Shown: positions 9,597 to 20,322, counted from the stretch's first letter. The stretch: DNA of 64,000 bases from an uncultured Pseudomonadota bacterium (GCA_963847705.1 CAWKBC010000021.1:160001-224000); one strand, 5' to 3'. Translations and numbers: made by a program. The notes: generated by a model not told the origin, from the sequence alone.

Positions 9597-10475
9597 GTAG
9601 TGGCCGGCTTCGAGATCCTGGATGAGGGTCGGGTGGGACGGCTGCCAGCCCATTCGTTGGCGGGTGAGCGTGTTCGACGCCGGCTGGTCCATCGAGAAGA
9701 AGCGGCCGAGCCAGCCGAAGTGGGCGCCGGCGGCCTCGGGGGCGATCGCGGCCACCGGCAGCCCGAGCTTCCGTCCGATGACTTCCGCGATCGTCCGGGC
9801 CGGCACGCCTTCGTCCGCCACCCCGTGGAGCACCGACCCCGCGGGCGCCTTTTCGAACGCCAGACGAAACAGGCTGCCGGCGTCGAGGCGATGAACCGCG
9901 GGCCAGCGGTTCTCCCCGTCGCCGATGTAGCCCGAGACGCCTTTGTCGCGGGCGATGTCGACCAGCACCTTGACGAACCCGTGGTCTCCCGGACCGTGGA
10001 CCGTCGGCGCCAGCCGGACGGCCGACACGCGCACGCCGCGCGCGGCCAACGCCAGCGCCACCACCGCGTTCGCCGCCCGCGGATGCGCCTGGGGATCGAA
10101 CGGGATCTCCTCGGTCGCGAGGCGCCTCGGCACCAACCCCACCACCCCGGAGGCGAACACCAACGGCCGCCCGGACCCGGCCAGGACGGCGCCCATCGCC
10201 TCGATCGCCCGACCGTCGGTCTGGATCGAGGCCTCGAAATTGGAGAAGTCGTGGATGAACCCCAGATGAATCACGCCGTCGGTCTCGGCCGCCCCCACCT
10301 GCAAGCTCTTCGGCTCATTCAGATCGCCGCGAAGCACCTCGGCCCCGGCGGCCGCCAGGGCCTTCGCCGAGGCCTCCGAGCGGGCCAGCCCCAGGACCCG
10401 ATGACCTGACGAGATGAGCTCGGGAACGACGGCCGAGCCGATGAAACCAGACGCGCCAGTGACGAATACCCGCAT
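9588..10475 (-). CDS. NAD-dependent epimerase/dehydratase (atypical SDR)
   Basis: MRVFVTGASGFIGS, WPAVHRLD. Confidence 0.92.
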   Translation of the reverse strand: MRVFVTGASGFIGSAVVPELISSGHRVLGLARSEASAKALAAAGAEVLRGDLNEPKSLQVGAAETDGVIHLGFIHDFSNFEASIQTDGRAIEAMGAVLAGSGRPLVFASGVVGLVPRRLATEEIPFDPQAHPRAANAVVALALAARGVRVSAVRLAPTVHGPGDHGFVKVLVDIARDKGVSGYIGDGENRWPAVHRLDAGSLFRLAFEKAPAGSVLHGVADEGVPARTIAEVIGRKLGLPVAAIAPEAAGAHFGWLGRFFSMDQPASNTLTRQRMGWQPSHPTLIQDLEAGHYTS

Positions 10476-10500
10476 GGGAATGCTCCTTTCGCGATGACAA

Positions 10501-10570
10501 TGTCAGTCGCTGTCATCGATCTAGCACCTGATGTCAGTGACTGCAATGGCGTCATGACAGGGACTGACGT
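10501..10570. promoter_or_regulatory. three TetR-type operator copies between divergent SDR and TetR
   Basis: TGTCAGTCGCTGTCAT, TGTCAGTGACTGCAAT and reverse-strand CGTCAGTCCCTGTCAT. Confidence 0.7.
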
Positions 10571-10581
10571 AGGTTGTGGGG

Positions 10582-11217
10582 ATGGCGCGCTGGGAACCCG
10601 ACGCCTCCGGCCGGCTGGTCGAGGCGGCGATGCAGCTCTACCGCGAGCGCGGGTTCGACCGGACCACGGTGGCGGACATCGCCGCGCGCGCCGGGCTGAC
10701 CGAGCGGACGTTCTTCCGCTACTTCGCCGACAAGCGGGAGGTCCTCTTCTCAGGCTCCGGCACGCTGGAGGAGCTCCTGGTCGACAAGGTCGCGTCTGCG
10801 CCGGCGTCCACGCCGCCGATCGACGTGGTCGCGGGCGCGCTCGCCGAGACCACAGCGTTCTTCGAACCGCGCCGCGACTTCGCCCGCCAGCGCCACGCCC
10901 TCATCGTTGCCCACGCCGAGCTGCACGAGCGGGAGCTGATCAAGCTCGCGGGGCTGGCGGTGGCGATCGGCGAGGCGCTGCGCCGCCGTGGCGTGCCGGC
11001 GCCAGCGGCCAGCCTGGCGGCCGAAGCGGGGATGACCATCTTCAAGCGGGCGTTCGAGGCCTGGGTCGAGGACGGCAAGAAGAGGGACCTCGGCCACCAC
11101 ATCCGGGCGGCGCACGCCGAGCTCGAAGGCGTCCTCGCGGGGACGCGGCAGAGGCGCGCGGTGGAGGGGCGCGCGGCGGCGGGACGCGGGGAACGGGCCC
11201 CCCGCGGCTCGCGCTGA
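10582..11217 (+). CDS. TetR family transcriptional regulator
   Basis: GFDRTTVADIAARAGLTERTFFRYFADKREVLF. Confidence 0.93.
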   Translation: MARWEPDASGRLVEAAMQLYRERGFDRTTVADIAARAGLTERTFFRYFADKREVLFSGSGTLEELLVDKVASAPASTPPIDVVAGALAETTAFFEPRRDFARQRHALIVAHAELHERELIKLAGLAVAIGEALRRRGVPAPAASLAAEAGMTIFKRAFEAWVEDGKKRDLGHHIRAAHAELEGVLAGTRQRRAVEGRAAAGRGERAPRGSR

Positions 11218-11293
11218 GGGACTGTCGTTCGGCCCGACCGCGGATCCGCTCCAGCGCGTCCCTCGCCTGAGCGGCTGGCGCTATAACCCGGGC

Positions 11294-12070
11294 ATGGATC
11301 TCGGGCTCGCAGGGAAGGTCGCATTGGTCACCGGCGCCAGCCGCGGCATCGGGCGCGCGATCGCGCTCGGGCTGGCGGCCGAGGGCGCGCGCGTCGTGAT
11401 GTGCGCGCGCAACGCTGCCGATCTGGACGCGGCCGTGCGCGAGGCGCGGGCGCGCGGCGGAGGCGAGACGGCGGCGGTCGGCGCGACGGCCGACGTGACG
11501 ACCCCCGCCGGCGTGGCCGCCCTCGTCGACACCGCGCTGGCCGCCTACGGCGGCATCGACCTGGTGGTCAACAACGTCGGCGGCTCGGGGGCGCGCGACT
11601 TCGCCTCCACCGACGACGCCGACCTGCAGGCGGTCCTCGAGCGCAACCTGTTCCCGGCGCTGCGGGTGTCGCGCGCCGCGCTCCCGCACCTCATCGCGCG
11701 CGGCGGCGGCGTCATCATCTTGATCGCCTCCGTCTACGGCCGGGAGTCGGGCGGCGGCCCCAGCTACAACGCCGCCAAGGCCGCCGAGATCAGCCTGGCC
11801 AAGTCGATGGCCCGCGACCTCGCCAAGGATGGCATCCGCGTCGTGAGCGTGGCGCCCGGCTCGGTCCTGTTTCCGGGCGGCGGCTGGGAGCGGCGCCAGA
11901 AGGCCGACCCCGAGGGGATCGCGGCGTTCGTCAAACGCGAGATCCCGTGCGGGCGCTTCGGCCGGCCGGAGGAGATCGCGGACGTGGTGACGTTCCTCTG
12001 CTCTTCGCGGGCGGGGTGGGTTACGGGGGCGTGCGTGCCGGTGGATGGGGGGCAAGGGCGGGCGTTCTGA
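11294..12070 (+). CDS. short-chain dehydrogenase/reductase (FabG-like)
   Basis: TGASRGIG, NNVG, YNAAK. Confidence 0.92.
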   Translation: MDLGLAGKVALVTGASRGIGRAIALGLAAEGARVVMCARNAADLDAAVREARARGGGETAAVGATADVTTPAGVAALVDTALAAYGGIDLVVNNVGGSGARDFASTDDADLQAVLERNLFPALRVSRAALPHLIARGGGVIILIASVYGRESGGGPSYNAAKAAEISLAKSMARDLAKDGIRVVSVAPGSVLFPGGGWERRQKADPEGIAAFVKREIPCGRFGRPEEIADVVTFLCSSRAGWVTGACVPVDGGQGRAF

Positions 12071-12212
12071 GCGTGGTGGCGCAGCTACGGGCTCTCGCCG
12101 TAGAGAATCAGGCGCATCCTTTTCCGCCTGCCATCCGGCGACGAACAAACGACGCAATCAGCGGATCTGGCTGGACCAGGTCGGAGTCGGGAGGGCGCCG
12201 CGCGCGCCTCGG

Positions 12213-13471
12213 TCAACCCGCGGCGTGGTGCGCGTCGGCCTCGGCGATGAACCGCCGCACCTCCGGATAGACCACCTCGCGCCAGCGGCGGCCGCTGAAG
12301 ACGCCGTAATGGCCTCCGCCCTTGATCGTCACCTGGCGCTTTCGCTCGGGGGGATCCCGCTGCACAGATCGAGCGCCGCCCGCGTCTGGCCGGCCCCGGA
12401 GATGTCGTCCAGCTCGCCCTCGATGGTCAGGAGTGCGGGTTTGGTGATCGCTTCGGGCGCCACGCGCGCTTCGCCGACGTACCAGAGGCCGCGCGGCAAC
12501 AGGTGCTCCTGGAAGACGATGCGGATGGAGTCCAGGTAGTACTCCGCGGGGAGATCCTGAACGGCGTTGTACTCGTTGTAGAAGCGCCGGTGCTCTTCAG
12601 CGTCGTTGAGGTCGCCCTCGACGAGGTGCCGGTAGAAGTCCCAGTGCGAGCTGAGATGTCGGACCGGGTTCATGGCCATGAAGCCGGCGTGCTGGAGAAA
12701 CCCCGGATAGACCCGGCGGCCCCGCCCGGGGTAGGTCACCGGGACCTCGTCGATGACGTACGTCTCGAACCAGCTCAAGGAGCGGTGGGTGGCGAGGTCG
12801 TTGACCTTGGTGGGGCTGCAACGCGAATCGATCGGACCACCGATCAAGGTCAAGCTGCGCGGCACCGGCTCGCCGGCTGACGACATCAGGGCCGCAGCGG
12901 CCAGGACCGGGACCGCCGGCTGACAGACGGCGATCACGTGCATCCGGTCCGCGCCGAGCGTCCGCAGGAACTGGCGCAGGTGGTTGACGTAGTCGTCCAG
13001 CGTGAAGGCGCCGCGAACGAGCGGCACCATCCGGGCGTTGACCCAGTCGGTCACGTAGACGTCATGGTTCGTGAGCAGGGTGCGCACCGTATCGCGCAGC
13101 AACGTGGCGTTGTGGCCCGACAGCGGCGCCACCACCAGGACTGCGGGGTCGGCCCGGAGGCTGGCATTGACGTCGTCGCGATCGCTGGAACGCCGGAAGT
13201 GCTTCAGCAGGCAAAACGGTTTCGCGAGCACCGTCTGCTCCAGCACGGCGACCTGGCTGCCGTGGGCCTCGACCACGTGAATCCCGAACTCGGGTTTGTT
13301 GTAGGTCTTGCCGAGCCGGTAAAGCAGCTCGTAGCCGGCGGCCAGGGTGGTGGCGCCCGGCAGCTTCGCCAACCAGGTCCCCGGTTCCGAGAACAGCCGG
13401 GCGCCTGCCTCGGCCATGTACGTGGTTGGTGCCAGCAGCTCGCGGCCGTATTCATGGAATTGGTAGAGCAC
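12213..13471 (-). CDS. phaZ: intracellular polyhydroxyalkanoate depolymerase; C-terminus frameshifted at G6 run 12348-12353
   Basis: GTG start after GGAG; APLSGH, VYVTDW, AVCQP, GELDDISG; catalytic-His segment GHYGVFSGRRWR lies in the shifted frame ending at 12213. Confidence 0.88.
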
Positions 13472-13580
13472 GCTCCTGGTCCCGCGACGCCAAGGTGGGT
13501 TCAAATCTCACGACATCAAGCTTGCGAAGGCGAGCGGACGGAAAATCGCCGCCCCGGGGCCAATGCTAGCTTTCAGGGGA

Positions 13581-13943
13581 ATGGTCAAGTTGAAGCGAGC
13601 CTACGAGCCGGCAGCGCGCGGCGATGGATATCGCGTGCTGGTCGAGCGGTTGTGGCCGCGGGGCATCCGGAAGGAAGAATTGGCCCTCGACGAATGGCGC
13701 AAGGAGGTCGCGCCGAGCGGCCAGCTTCGCCAGTGGTTCCACCACGATCCGGAACGCTGGGTCGAGTTCAAGCTTCGCTATCTGAAAGAGCTGAAAGAGC
13801 CGGCGGCTTCCGAGCAGCTGCACGCGCTGGCCGCTCGGGCGGCCGCCCGCACGCTCACGCTCATCTTTTCTTCCCACGACACCGAGCACAACAACGCGGT
13901 CGTGCTCAAGGGGGAGATCGAGCGCCTCGCCCGTCGGCGTTGA
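13581..13943 (+). CDS. DUF488 (YeaO-like) protein
   Basis: KRAYE...DGYRVLVERLWPRG...APS..LRQWFHHD...HNNAVVL. Confidence 0.92.
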   Translation: MVKLKRAYEPAARGDGYRVLVERLWPRGIRKEELALDEWRKEVAPSGQLRQWFHHDPERWVEFKLRYLKELKEPAASEQLHALAARAAARTLTLIFSSHDTEHNNAVVLKGEIERLARRR

Positions 13944-14062
13944 CGCTCACGGGAGCTCCGAACGAACCACGGGCTCGCGCGAGCGCGATGATGGCGCCGG
14001 CGCCGGAGACGCTCCGATGCAATTCGTTGACCCGCCGGCGGGGCCGGTGCGATCGTTGGCCC

Positions 14063-14359
14063 ATGTTCGTCGAGATCGCGTTGTTGAAGGCCAAGAGCGG
14101 GGACGCGGAGCGCTTGCGGGAGGGGCTGCGCGCGGCGCGTCCGGTGATCGCCAGCGCGGCCGGCTACCAGGGCAGCGTGTTTTACCAGGGGGTCGAGAGC
14201 CCGGAGTCGTTCATCCTGCGCGTGGAGTGGGAGACGCTGGAAGCGCACATGGAAGGCTTCCGGCAGGGGCCGCTGTTCGCCGAATGGCGCAGTCACTTCC
14301 AGGCCTTCCTCGACGGCCCGCCCGCCATGACGCACTACCAGCCGATCGCCGGGCCTTAG
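14063..14359 (+). CDS. antibiotic biosynthesis monooxygenase (ABM) domain protein
   Basis: MFVEIA...GVESPESFILRVEWETLEAHMEGFR. Confidence 0.88.
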   Translation: MFVEIALLKAKSGDAERLREGLRAARPVIASAAGYQGSVFYQGVESPESFILRVEWETLEAHMEGFRQGPLFAEWRSHFQAFLDGPPAMTHYQPIAGP

Positions 14360-14393
14360 CGTCGGTCGAAGCGCCGGCTCGGTCAGCCGTCCG

Positions 14394-15719
14394 TCACCAG
14401 CCGAGCTTGGCCTGGAGCTCGGTGACGAGCTGGTCGGCCATGATCTGGTTCTCGGCGGGATCCGGGTGGTACTGGCAGGCTTCCTTGTCGGCCGTCTGCG
14501 CCACGATCTTGTCGAAGAACTCGACGTTCTTGTCGCCGGCGGAGATGCGCGCGGCGACCGAGTTCTTGATGTGGCCCTGGATCGTCGTGAGGTCGGTGCC
14601 GCTGAGGAGCGGACCGATGATGCAGACGATCAGCGCGCCCGGGTACTTGGAGCGCACCGTCTGAAGCAGTCCGGTGTAGGCGGTCTCGAACGGCGTGCCG
14701 GGATCGCCTTTGTTGTTGCTGATGTCGTTCGTTCCGAGGTTGACGATCACCACCTGGGCCTGGGTGCGGAAGTCCCAGGCCGGCGTGGCGTCGTTCGTCA
14801 GCGCGCGTGGGTAGACCATCGGCAGCGTGTTGGTCATGTCACCGCCGTAGTTGCGGTAGACCCCCTGGCCCGACATGGCGATCGTGTTCACGTCGGCGCC
14901 GAGGGCGCGCGCGGCGACGGCGCCGTAGGTGTCCCAGTGGCTCTCGGTCGGGAAGCAGTCGCTGTCGGCCAGCGTGCCGAGCGTCCCGTACCCGCAGCTG
15001 ATCGAGTCGCCGATGATCTCGATGAGGCGGGCGGGCGCCGCCGGCGGGGTGGTGAGTGCGCCGCCACCGACGGTGATGGCGAGGAGCTGAGAGTCGCCCT
15101 GCGAGCCTTCGGTTTGGCGGTAGAGCTCGACGGTGTGCATCCCGGTGGCGAGGCCGCTGACCACGCTGGCCGTCTGCTGACCGCTCGGAATCGTGAACGC
15201 CGCCTGGGGCGTACCGTCGACGACCGCCTTGAAGATGAACGCGCCCGAGCTGTTGATCTGCACCGACAGCGAGGTCCCGGAGAAGCGGGCGACGAACCCG
15301 CTGCCCGACCAGGAGAAGCGGGGGCGCTGCGCGTCGGTGAGGTCGACCCGGCCGACCCATCGCACGCCGGCCGCGACGACGCCAGGTTGACCGGCGCCAC
15401 CGTCGGTCGAGCCGTCCGTTCCCGAGCTGCCGCCGGTGCCTGTGCCGCCGCCCGCTCCCGGCGCTCCGCCGGTCCCCGTGCCGCCGCCCGCTCCCGGCGC
15501 TCCGCCGGTGCCCGGTGTGCCACCGGTGCCGGGTGTCCCTCCGCTGCCGGGCGTGCCGCCGGAGCTTGCGTCGGACCCAGGTCCGGTGGACCCCGAGCCA
15601 CACGCGCTCGCCGTCGAGGCCACGCAGGCGGCGGTCACGACGAGCGCCTGCCAGCGGCGGGCGCGAGGAGGACGATGTCCGGAGGTCGCGTTGGGGCCGG
15701 CGGAACGCACGACCGGCAT
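14394..15719 (-). CDS. secreted SGNH/GDSL esterase (CE2-like) with Gly/Thr linker
   Basis: Lipobox-like ASAC, GGTPGT repeats, FSWSGSG, IGDSISCGYG, NLGTND, C-terminal HP. Confidence 0.88.
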   Translation of the reverse strand: MPVVRSAGPNATSGHRPPRARRWQALVVTAACVASTASACGSGSTGPGSDASSGGTPGSGGTPGTGGTPGTGGAPGAGGGTGTGGAPGAGGGTGTGGSSGTDGSTDGGAGQPGVVAAGVRWVGRVDLTDAQRPRFSWSGSGFVARFSGTSLSVQINSSGAFIFKAVVDGTPQAAFTIPSGQQTASVVSGLATGMHTVELYRQTEGSQGDSQLLAITVGGGALTTPPAAPARLIEIIGDSISCGYGTLGTLADSDCFPTESHWDTYGAVAARALGADVNTIAMSGQGVYRNYGGDMTNTLPMVYPRALTNDATPAWDFRTQAQVVIVNLGTNDISNNKGDPGTPFETAYTGLLQTVRSKYPGALIVCIIGPLLSGTDLTTIQGHIKNSVAARISAGDKNVEFFDKIVAQTADKEACQYHPDPAENQIMADQLVTELQAKLGW

Positions 15720-15767
15720 TGTAGGAACGACCGCTGCCGGTCGGGCAACAGGAAACGTGGCGCGGCG

Positions 15768-16700
15768 TTAGGACGAGCGCCTGGTGGCGGGCATCGCGAC
15801 GCGATCAAAACCGTAGGGGGGCGCGGGCGGGACGAGCTCACGCGGGAGCTGCTGCCGGTCTTGGCGGTCTTGCCGGTCTTGTCGCTCTCGTCGATCTGGC
15901 CTGGCCACGCTCTGCAGATAGACGGGCGGAGCTTCGCGGCGGACGGCTGTGGGCCGCTCGGAAGGAGCGCCGATAGCAGCGTCGATCCGTTGAAGCTTGT
16001 AGCCCACGCCCAGCACCGATTGCAGACGTTCGCCGTGATCCCCCAGCTTCCTGCGCAGGTTCAGGGTGTGGGTGTCGACGGTGCGTCCGCCACCTGCGTG
16101 GCGATAGCCCCAGACGCGGGAAAGCAGCTCCTGCCGAGAAAAAACCCGGTTGATCCGCTCGACGAGGAAACGGAGCAGCTGAAATTCGTACGGCGTCAGC
16201 TTGAGGGACTGCTCATCCCGGTAAGCCTGCCGCATCTCGCAGTCGAGCACGATCTCGCCGTATCGCAGCTGCAGCGGCGCGCGCGGCCGACTGTCACGCG
16301 CCTTGAGCTGCCAGAGCCGGGCAGCCAGCTCCTCCAGGGTGATGGGCGAGAGGATGAAGTCGTCCGCCCCGATCTCGGCGGTGAACGCCGTGACGCGCGG
16401 CAACTCCAGCGACAGAAGGATCCGCGCCGCAATCAGCTCCGGACGCCGTCGCAGCCGCTGGATGGCGCTTCGTCCGATCTCCAGGTGCTCCCCCGCCTCG
16501 ACGATGACCACGTCCGCCGGCACCGCCCGCGACTCGAGCTCGATCAAGTCGAAGCCCGACACGGTCACCTCGTGCCCGAGCGCGCGGAGCAGGGAGGCGG
16601 GCGCGTCGGTCCGGTCGTTGCCGTCGGGATCGAGGGTGACGACGACGGTGCGCAGACGCGGACCGAAGAACCCCATCCGAGCTGTCGACGAAAGCGACAT
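15768..16700 (-). CDS. OmpR-family regulator with degenerate receiver domain
   Basis: GADDFI, LTPYEFQLL, VWGY...RTVDTHTLNLRRKL wHTH. Confidence 0.85.
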   Translation of the reverse strand: MSLSSTARMGFFGPRLRTVVVTLDPDGNDRTDAPASLLRALGHEVTVSGFDLIELESRAVPADVVIVEAGEHLEIGRSAIQRLRRRPELIAARILLSLELPRVTAFTAEIGADDFILSPITLEELAARLWQLKARDSRPRAPLQLRYGEIVLDCEMRQAYRDEQSLKLTPYEFQLLRFLVERINRVFSRQELLSRVWGYRHAGGGRTVDTHTLNLRRKLGDHGERLQSVLGVGYKLQRIDAAIGAPSERPTAVRREAPPVYLQSVARPDRRERQDRQDRQDRQQLPRELVPPAPPYGFDRVAMPATRRSS

Positions 16701-16739
16701 TGAGCGCACTTTACCCAAGCGGAGCCGACCGATCCATAA

Positions 16740-16778
16740 GTAAGTAACTATTTACATCAAGTAAGTGATTGTTTACAT
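16740..16778. promoter_or_regulatory. tandem imperfect palindromic operators
   Basis: GTAAGTAACTATTTACAT and GTAAGTGATTGTTTACAT between two divergent regulators. Confidence 0.7.
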
Positions 16779-16832
16779 GCGCGAAACCTTGGCGTTACGC
16801 CAGACGGGTCGGGGGGACGTATTCTGGTATCG

Positions 16833-17471
16833 ATGAACGGCGGAAAGCGGAACGCAGACCGGACCCGGGAGAAGATCCTTCGCGCCGCCATCGGCGAGTT
16901 CTCGACCCACGGCTACAGCGGCGCGCGCGTCGAGCGAATCCGCCAGCGGGCCCGCGCCAACACCCGCATGATCTATCACTACTTCGGCGACAAGAGCCGG
17001 CTCTACGTCGCGGTGCTCGAGCACGTGATCGGGGAGCTGCGTCAGGAAGAGATGCGCCTGGAGATCGACCGGATCGACCCGGTGGAGGGGCTCCTGCAGC
17101 TGTTCGACTTCGTCGACCAGCACTTCACGGCGCATCCCGAGCTGATGACCCTGCTGAGCGGGGAGAACCTCCTGCGTGGCCGGTTCCTGCGCGCCTCCGC
17201 CAAGACCCGGATCATCAGCTCCCCCCTGACGTCACTCATCGAGGAGCTCCTCCGCCGCGGCGAGCGCAAAGGACTCATCCGGCCGGGCATCGATCCCCTT
17301 CACCTCTACGTGGTCATGGTGGCGCTCTGCTATTTCCACCGCTCCAACGCCCACACGCTCTCGTTCCTGTTTCACACCGACCTCCTGGAGACCGACTGGC
17401 AGAGCGCGCACAAGAAGATGGCCAACGAGATGCTCGTGGGATACCTGCGCGCCAGACGCGCCGCGCCCTGA
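16833..17471 (+). CDS. TetR family regulator (NicS/RutR-like)
   Basis: GYSGARVERI...RMIYHYFGDK; ENL motif in the C-terminal domain. Confidence 0.9.
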   Translation: MNGGKRNADRTREKILRAAIGEFSTHGYSGARVERIRQRARANTRMIYHYFGDKSRLYVAVLEHVIGELRQEEMRLEIDRIDPVEGLLQLFDFVDQHFTAHPELMTLLSGENLLRGRFLRASAKTRIISSPLTSLIEELLRRGERKGLIRPGIDPLHLYVVMVALCYFHRSNAHTLSFLFHTDLLETDWQSAHKKMANEMLVGYLRARRAAP

Positions 17472-17590
17472 CCCCCGACTATCCATCGCGGGCGCGGCCG
17501 CGCCATCGAAGCGCATCCGTGAGGAGATCTCGCAGGCGCTCGCGCTTGCAGGTCGCTCGATGCGGACGATGTTTCCTGGTGAGCGCGATC

Positions 17591-18397
17591 ATGCGACGAC
17601 GAGACCCGAATCGGGAGTCGGCTGGGGGAGGGGGTCGCCTTCGCGGAGTCTGGCCCCTGGTCGCGCTGGCCGCGCTGATGGTGCCGGTGAGCGCCTGCGG
17701 CAGGGCTCCCGTGCTGCTGCCGACCCGCGGCTACACGAGCGCGATCGGGAGAAGCTCGCTGGCGGTGGAGAGCCGAAGCGGTGTGACCATGACGGCCGAC
17801 GCCAGCGTCTGGGATGACTCACCAAGGAATCTGGCCAGCGAGGTGACACCCGTCTGGGTCACCCTCCACAACGCGAGCGGGCGGCGGCTGCGCGTCCAGT
17901 ACGATGAGTTCAGCCTGGGAGGAGCCTCCGGCGCGCACTACGTCGCGCTCGCGCCTTACGTCTTCCGCACCTCCACCACGAGGGCCGTCTTCGAGGTCCC
18001 GAACGGCGGCTACTTCGACAAGTTCCAGATCGCCGCGTACCTGGCCCCCTTCTATCCCTGGCTGCCGGTCTGGGAGGGCCCTCTTCCCTGCAGTCCGTTC
18101 GTCACGTCGGCCGCCTGGCAGACGCACCTGCCGAGCGCCGGCGTGCTCGATCGGGCACTGCCAGAGGGCGTGCTGGAGAACAGGGGCACCGCGAGCGGCT
18201 ACCTGTACTTCCAGAAGGTGGGCGCCGGGGAGCGTGAGGTGACCCTCCAGGCCGGGCTGCAAGAGCCGACGCAGGCGCGCCAGGCGACCACCCATCGGCT
18301 CGCGTCGATCGACATCCCGTTTCGTCGAGCCTATCGGCGGCCGCCCAAGCTCTCCCCCTCCTATACGCCGCCGCCAGGGGCGATCTGGATGTACTGA
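17591..18397 (+). CDS. hypothetical lipoprotein
   Basis: LVALAALMVPVSAC lipobox; ALPEGVLENRGTASGYLYFQ. Confidence 0.65.
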   Translation: MRRRDPNRESAGGGGRLRGVWPLVALAALMVPVSACGRAPVLLPTRGYTSAIGRSSLAVESRSGVTMTADASVWDDSPRNLASEVTPVWVTLHNASGRRLRVQYDEFSLGGASGAHYVALAPYVFRTSTTRAVFEVPNGGYFDKFQIAAYLAPFYPWLPVWEGPLPCSPFVTSAAWQTHLPSAGVLDRALPEGVLENRGTASGYLYFQKVGAGEREVTLQAGLQEPTQARQATTHRLASIDIPFRRAYRRPPKLSPSYTPPPGAIWMY

Positions 18398-18456
18398 GGC
18401 TCCCGGGCTCGATGCGGAAACGGAAGCGCGCGCGGCAGGAGTAGACTCCGCCGCGC

Positions 18457-19311
18457 GTGCACCTGGTCGCGCCCACGGCCTTCAAGGGGACCATGACCCC
18501 GCTCCAGGCGGCGCGGCATCTGGCCGCGCCCGGGGATCGGCTGTTGCCGCTCAGCGACGGCGGCGACGGCTTTCTCGAATGCTTGCAGCACAGGTTGGGC
18601 GGCGCCGTCGAGGAGGTGCCGGCCGCCGATCCGTTTGGCCGCGTTCGCCCCGTGCCGGTCCTGTTGCTGCCGGGCGGCGGGGTGGCCATCGAATGCGCCA
18701 AGGTGATCGGCCTCGCCGGCCTCGACCGGCGCGAGCCGCTGACGGCGTCCAGCCGGGGCCTCGGTGAGCTGCTGGGGCGATTTCGCTCCGAGCCGCGCCT
18801 CTGGCTGGGCCTCGGTGGCAGCGCCACCGTCGACGGCGGGCGCGACTGGCCCGCGCTCCCCCTGCCGCCCACCACGGTGTTCTGCGACGTGCAGACCGAT
18901 CTGGCCGACGCCGCGCGCCTGTTCGGGCCCCAGAAGGGGGCCGGCCCCGAGGCGGTGACGGTCCTCGCCGCGCGCCTGGCGGCGCTCGGGCTCCCGGGCG
19001 GGCCGCGCACCGGCGCCGCGGGCGGGCTGGGCGCGAAGCTGCTGTCGCTCGGCGCCGAGCTCGTCGACGGCGGCGCGCGGATGCTCGACCTGCTCGGGTT
19101 CGACGCCGCCTGTCTCGACTGCGACGCCGTCGTGACGGGCGAGGGACGCCTCGACGCCTCGTCGCTCGAGGGGAAGCTGCCGGTGGTGGTGGCGCGCCGC
19201 GCCCGCGCCCTCGGCCTGCGCGTCATCGGCCGCTTCGGCAGCCGCGGCGACGGCTGGGAGCGCGCCGCCGCGCTGTTCGACGAGGTCAGTTTCGAAACGG
19301 AGCAGCGCTAG
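18457..19311 (+). CDS. glycerate kinase (GlxK/GarK family, compact)
   Basis: APTAFKGT, LSDGGDG, GLGGSATVDGG, FGPQKGA, GAAGGLG, TGEGRLD. Confidence 0.9.
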   Translation: MHLVAPTAFKGTMTPLQAARHLAAPGDRLLPLSDGGDGFLECLQHRLGGAVEEVPAADPFGRVRPVPVLLLPGGGVAIECAKVIGLAGLDRREPLTASSRGLGELLGRFRSEPRLWLGLGGSATVDGGRDWPALPLPPTTVFCDVQTDLADAARLFGPQKGAGPEAVTVLAARLAALGLPGGPRTGAAGGLGAKLLSLGAELVDGGARMLDLLGFDAACLDCDAVVTGEGRLDASSLEGKLPVVVARRARALGLRVIGRFGSRGDGWERAAALFDEVSFETEQR

Positions 19312-19386
19312 GCTGTCCCCGGATGGATCGCGTGCGCGCTGCTCGAGATTCACGGCTGCGCGACGCCGCGCGCCGGCCCGAGAGGG

Positions 19387-20322
19387 TCAGGCCGCTTCGG
19401 GGAGCGCGGCGTGGGGCGCGGCGTCGCCCGGCGCGCGCAACACTTCGGCGGGCGGGCGGCGAAGGTCCCAGACCAGGCCGCAGCGCTCGAAGAGGCGCAG
19501 CACGTAGAACGTCACGTCGATCTCCCACCAGCGAAAGCCCTGGTTGGCCGAGCTCTGGTAGTGGTGGTGGTTGTTGTGCCAGCCCTCGCCGGTGGTGAGG
19601 AGCGCCAGCGCCCAGTTGTTGCGCGAGTCGTCGCCGGTCGCGTAGCGGCGCCGCCCGATGAGGTGCGACAGCGAGTTGATGGCGAAGGAGCCGTGCCAGA
19701 GCATCACGGTGGAGACCAGGAACCCCCAGACCAGGGCCGGGAGGCCGCCCAGGGCGAGCAGCGCGAGCGCGAGCGGGACGGCCGGGAGCATCTGGACGCC
19801 GGGGCGGTTGAGGGCCCGCAGCTCGGAATATTTCGCCAGATCGCCGACCAGCTCGAGGTTCGTGCGGTCGTAATCCTCGGCGGTGATCCAGCCGACGTGG
19901 GCCCACAGGAAGCCGCGCTGCTTGGCGGAATGCGGGTCGAGCGGTGTATCGGAGTGCTTGTGGTGATAGCGGTGATTGGCGGCCCACCAGAGCACGCCCT
20001 TTTGCAACGAGCTCTGCGCGCCGAGCGCGAGCAGGAACTGAAAGGCGCGCGAGGTCTTGAACGCGCGGTGCGAGAAGTAGCGGTGGTAGCCGCCGGTCAC
20101 CAGCACCATGCGGACGAAGTAGCTGCCGACCGCGAGGGCGAGGCCGCCCCAGGAAAAGCCGCACAGGATCAGGCCCACCAGCGCGGCCAGGTGGAAGCCC
20201 CAGAACACGAGCGTGGACGGTCGGAAGTAGTCGCTCAGGCGCGCGCGACGCAGCACTGCGCCGGGGCCCGGAGCCCTGTCCCTGTCCATGTCCGATGGGA
20301 TGCTTGAGCGGGAGGCGGTCAC
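19387..20322 (-). CDS. acyl-CoA/acyl-lipid (delta-9-like) desaturase
   Basis: His boxes HRYFSH, HRYHH, GEGWHNNHH. Confidence 0.93.
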   Translation of the reverse strand: MTASRSSIPSDMDRDRAPGPGAVLRRARLSDYFRPSTLVFWGFHLAALVGLILCGFSWGGLALAVGSYFVRMVLVTGGYHRYFSHRAFKTSRAFQFLLALGAQSSLQKGVLWWAANHRYHHKHSDTPLDPHSAKQRGFLWAHVGWITAEDYDRTNLELVGDLAKYSELRALNRPGVQMLPAVPLALALLALGGLPALVWGFLVSTVMLWHGSFAINSLSHLIGRRRYATGDDSRNNWALALLTTGEGWHNNHHHYQSSANQGFRWWEIDVTFYVLRLFERCGLVWDLRRPPAEVLRAPGDAAPHAALPEAA

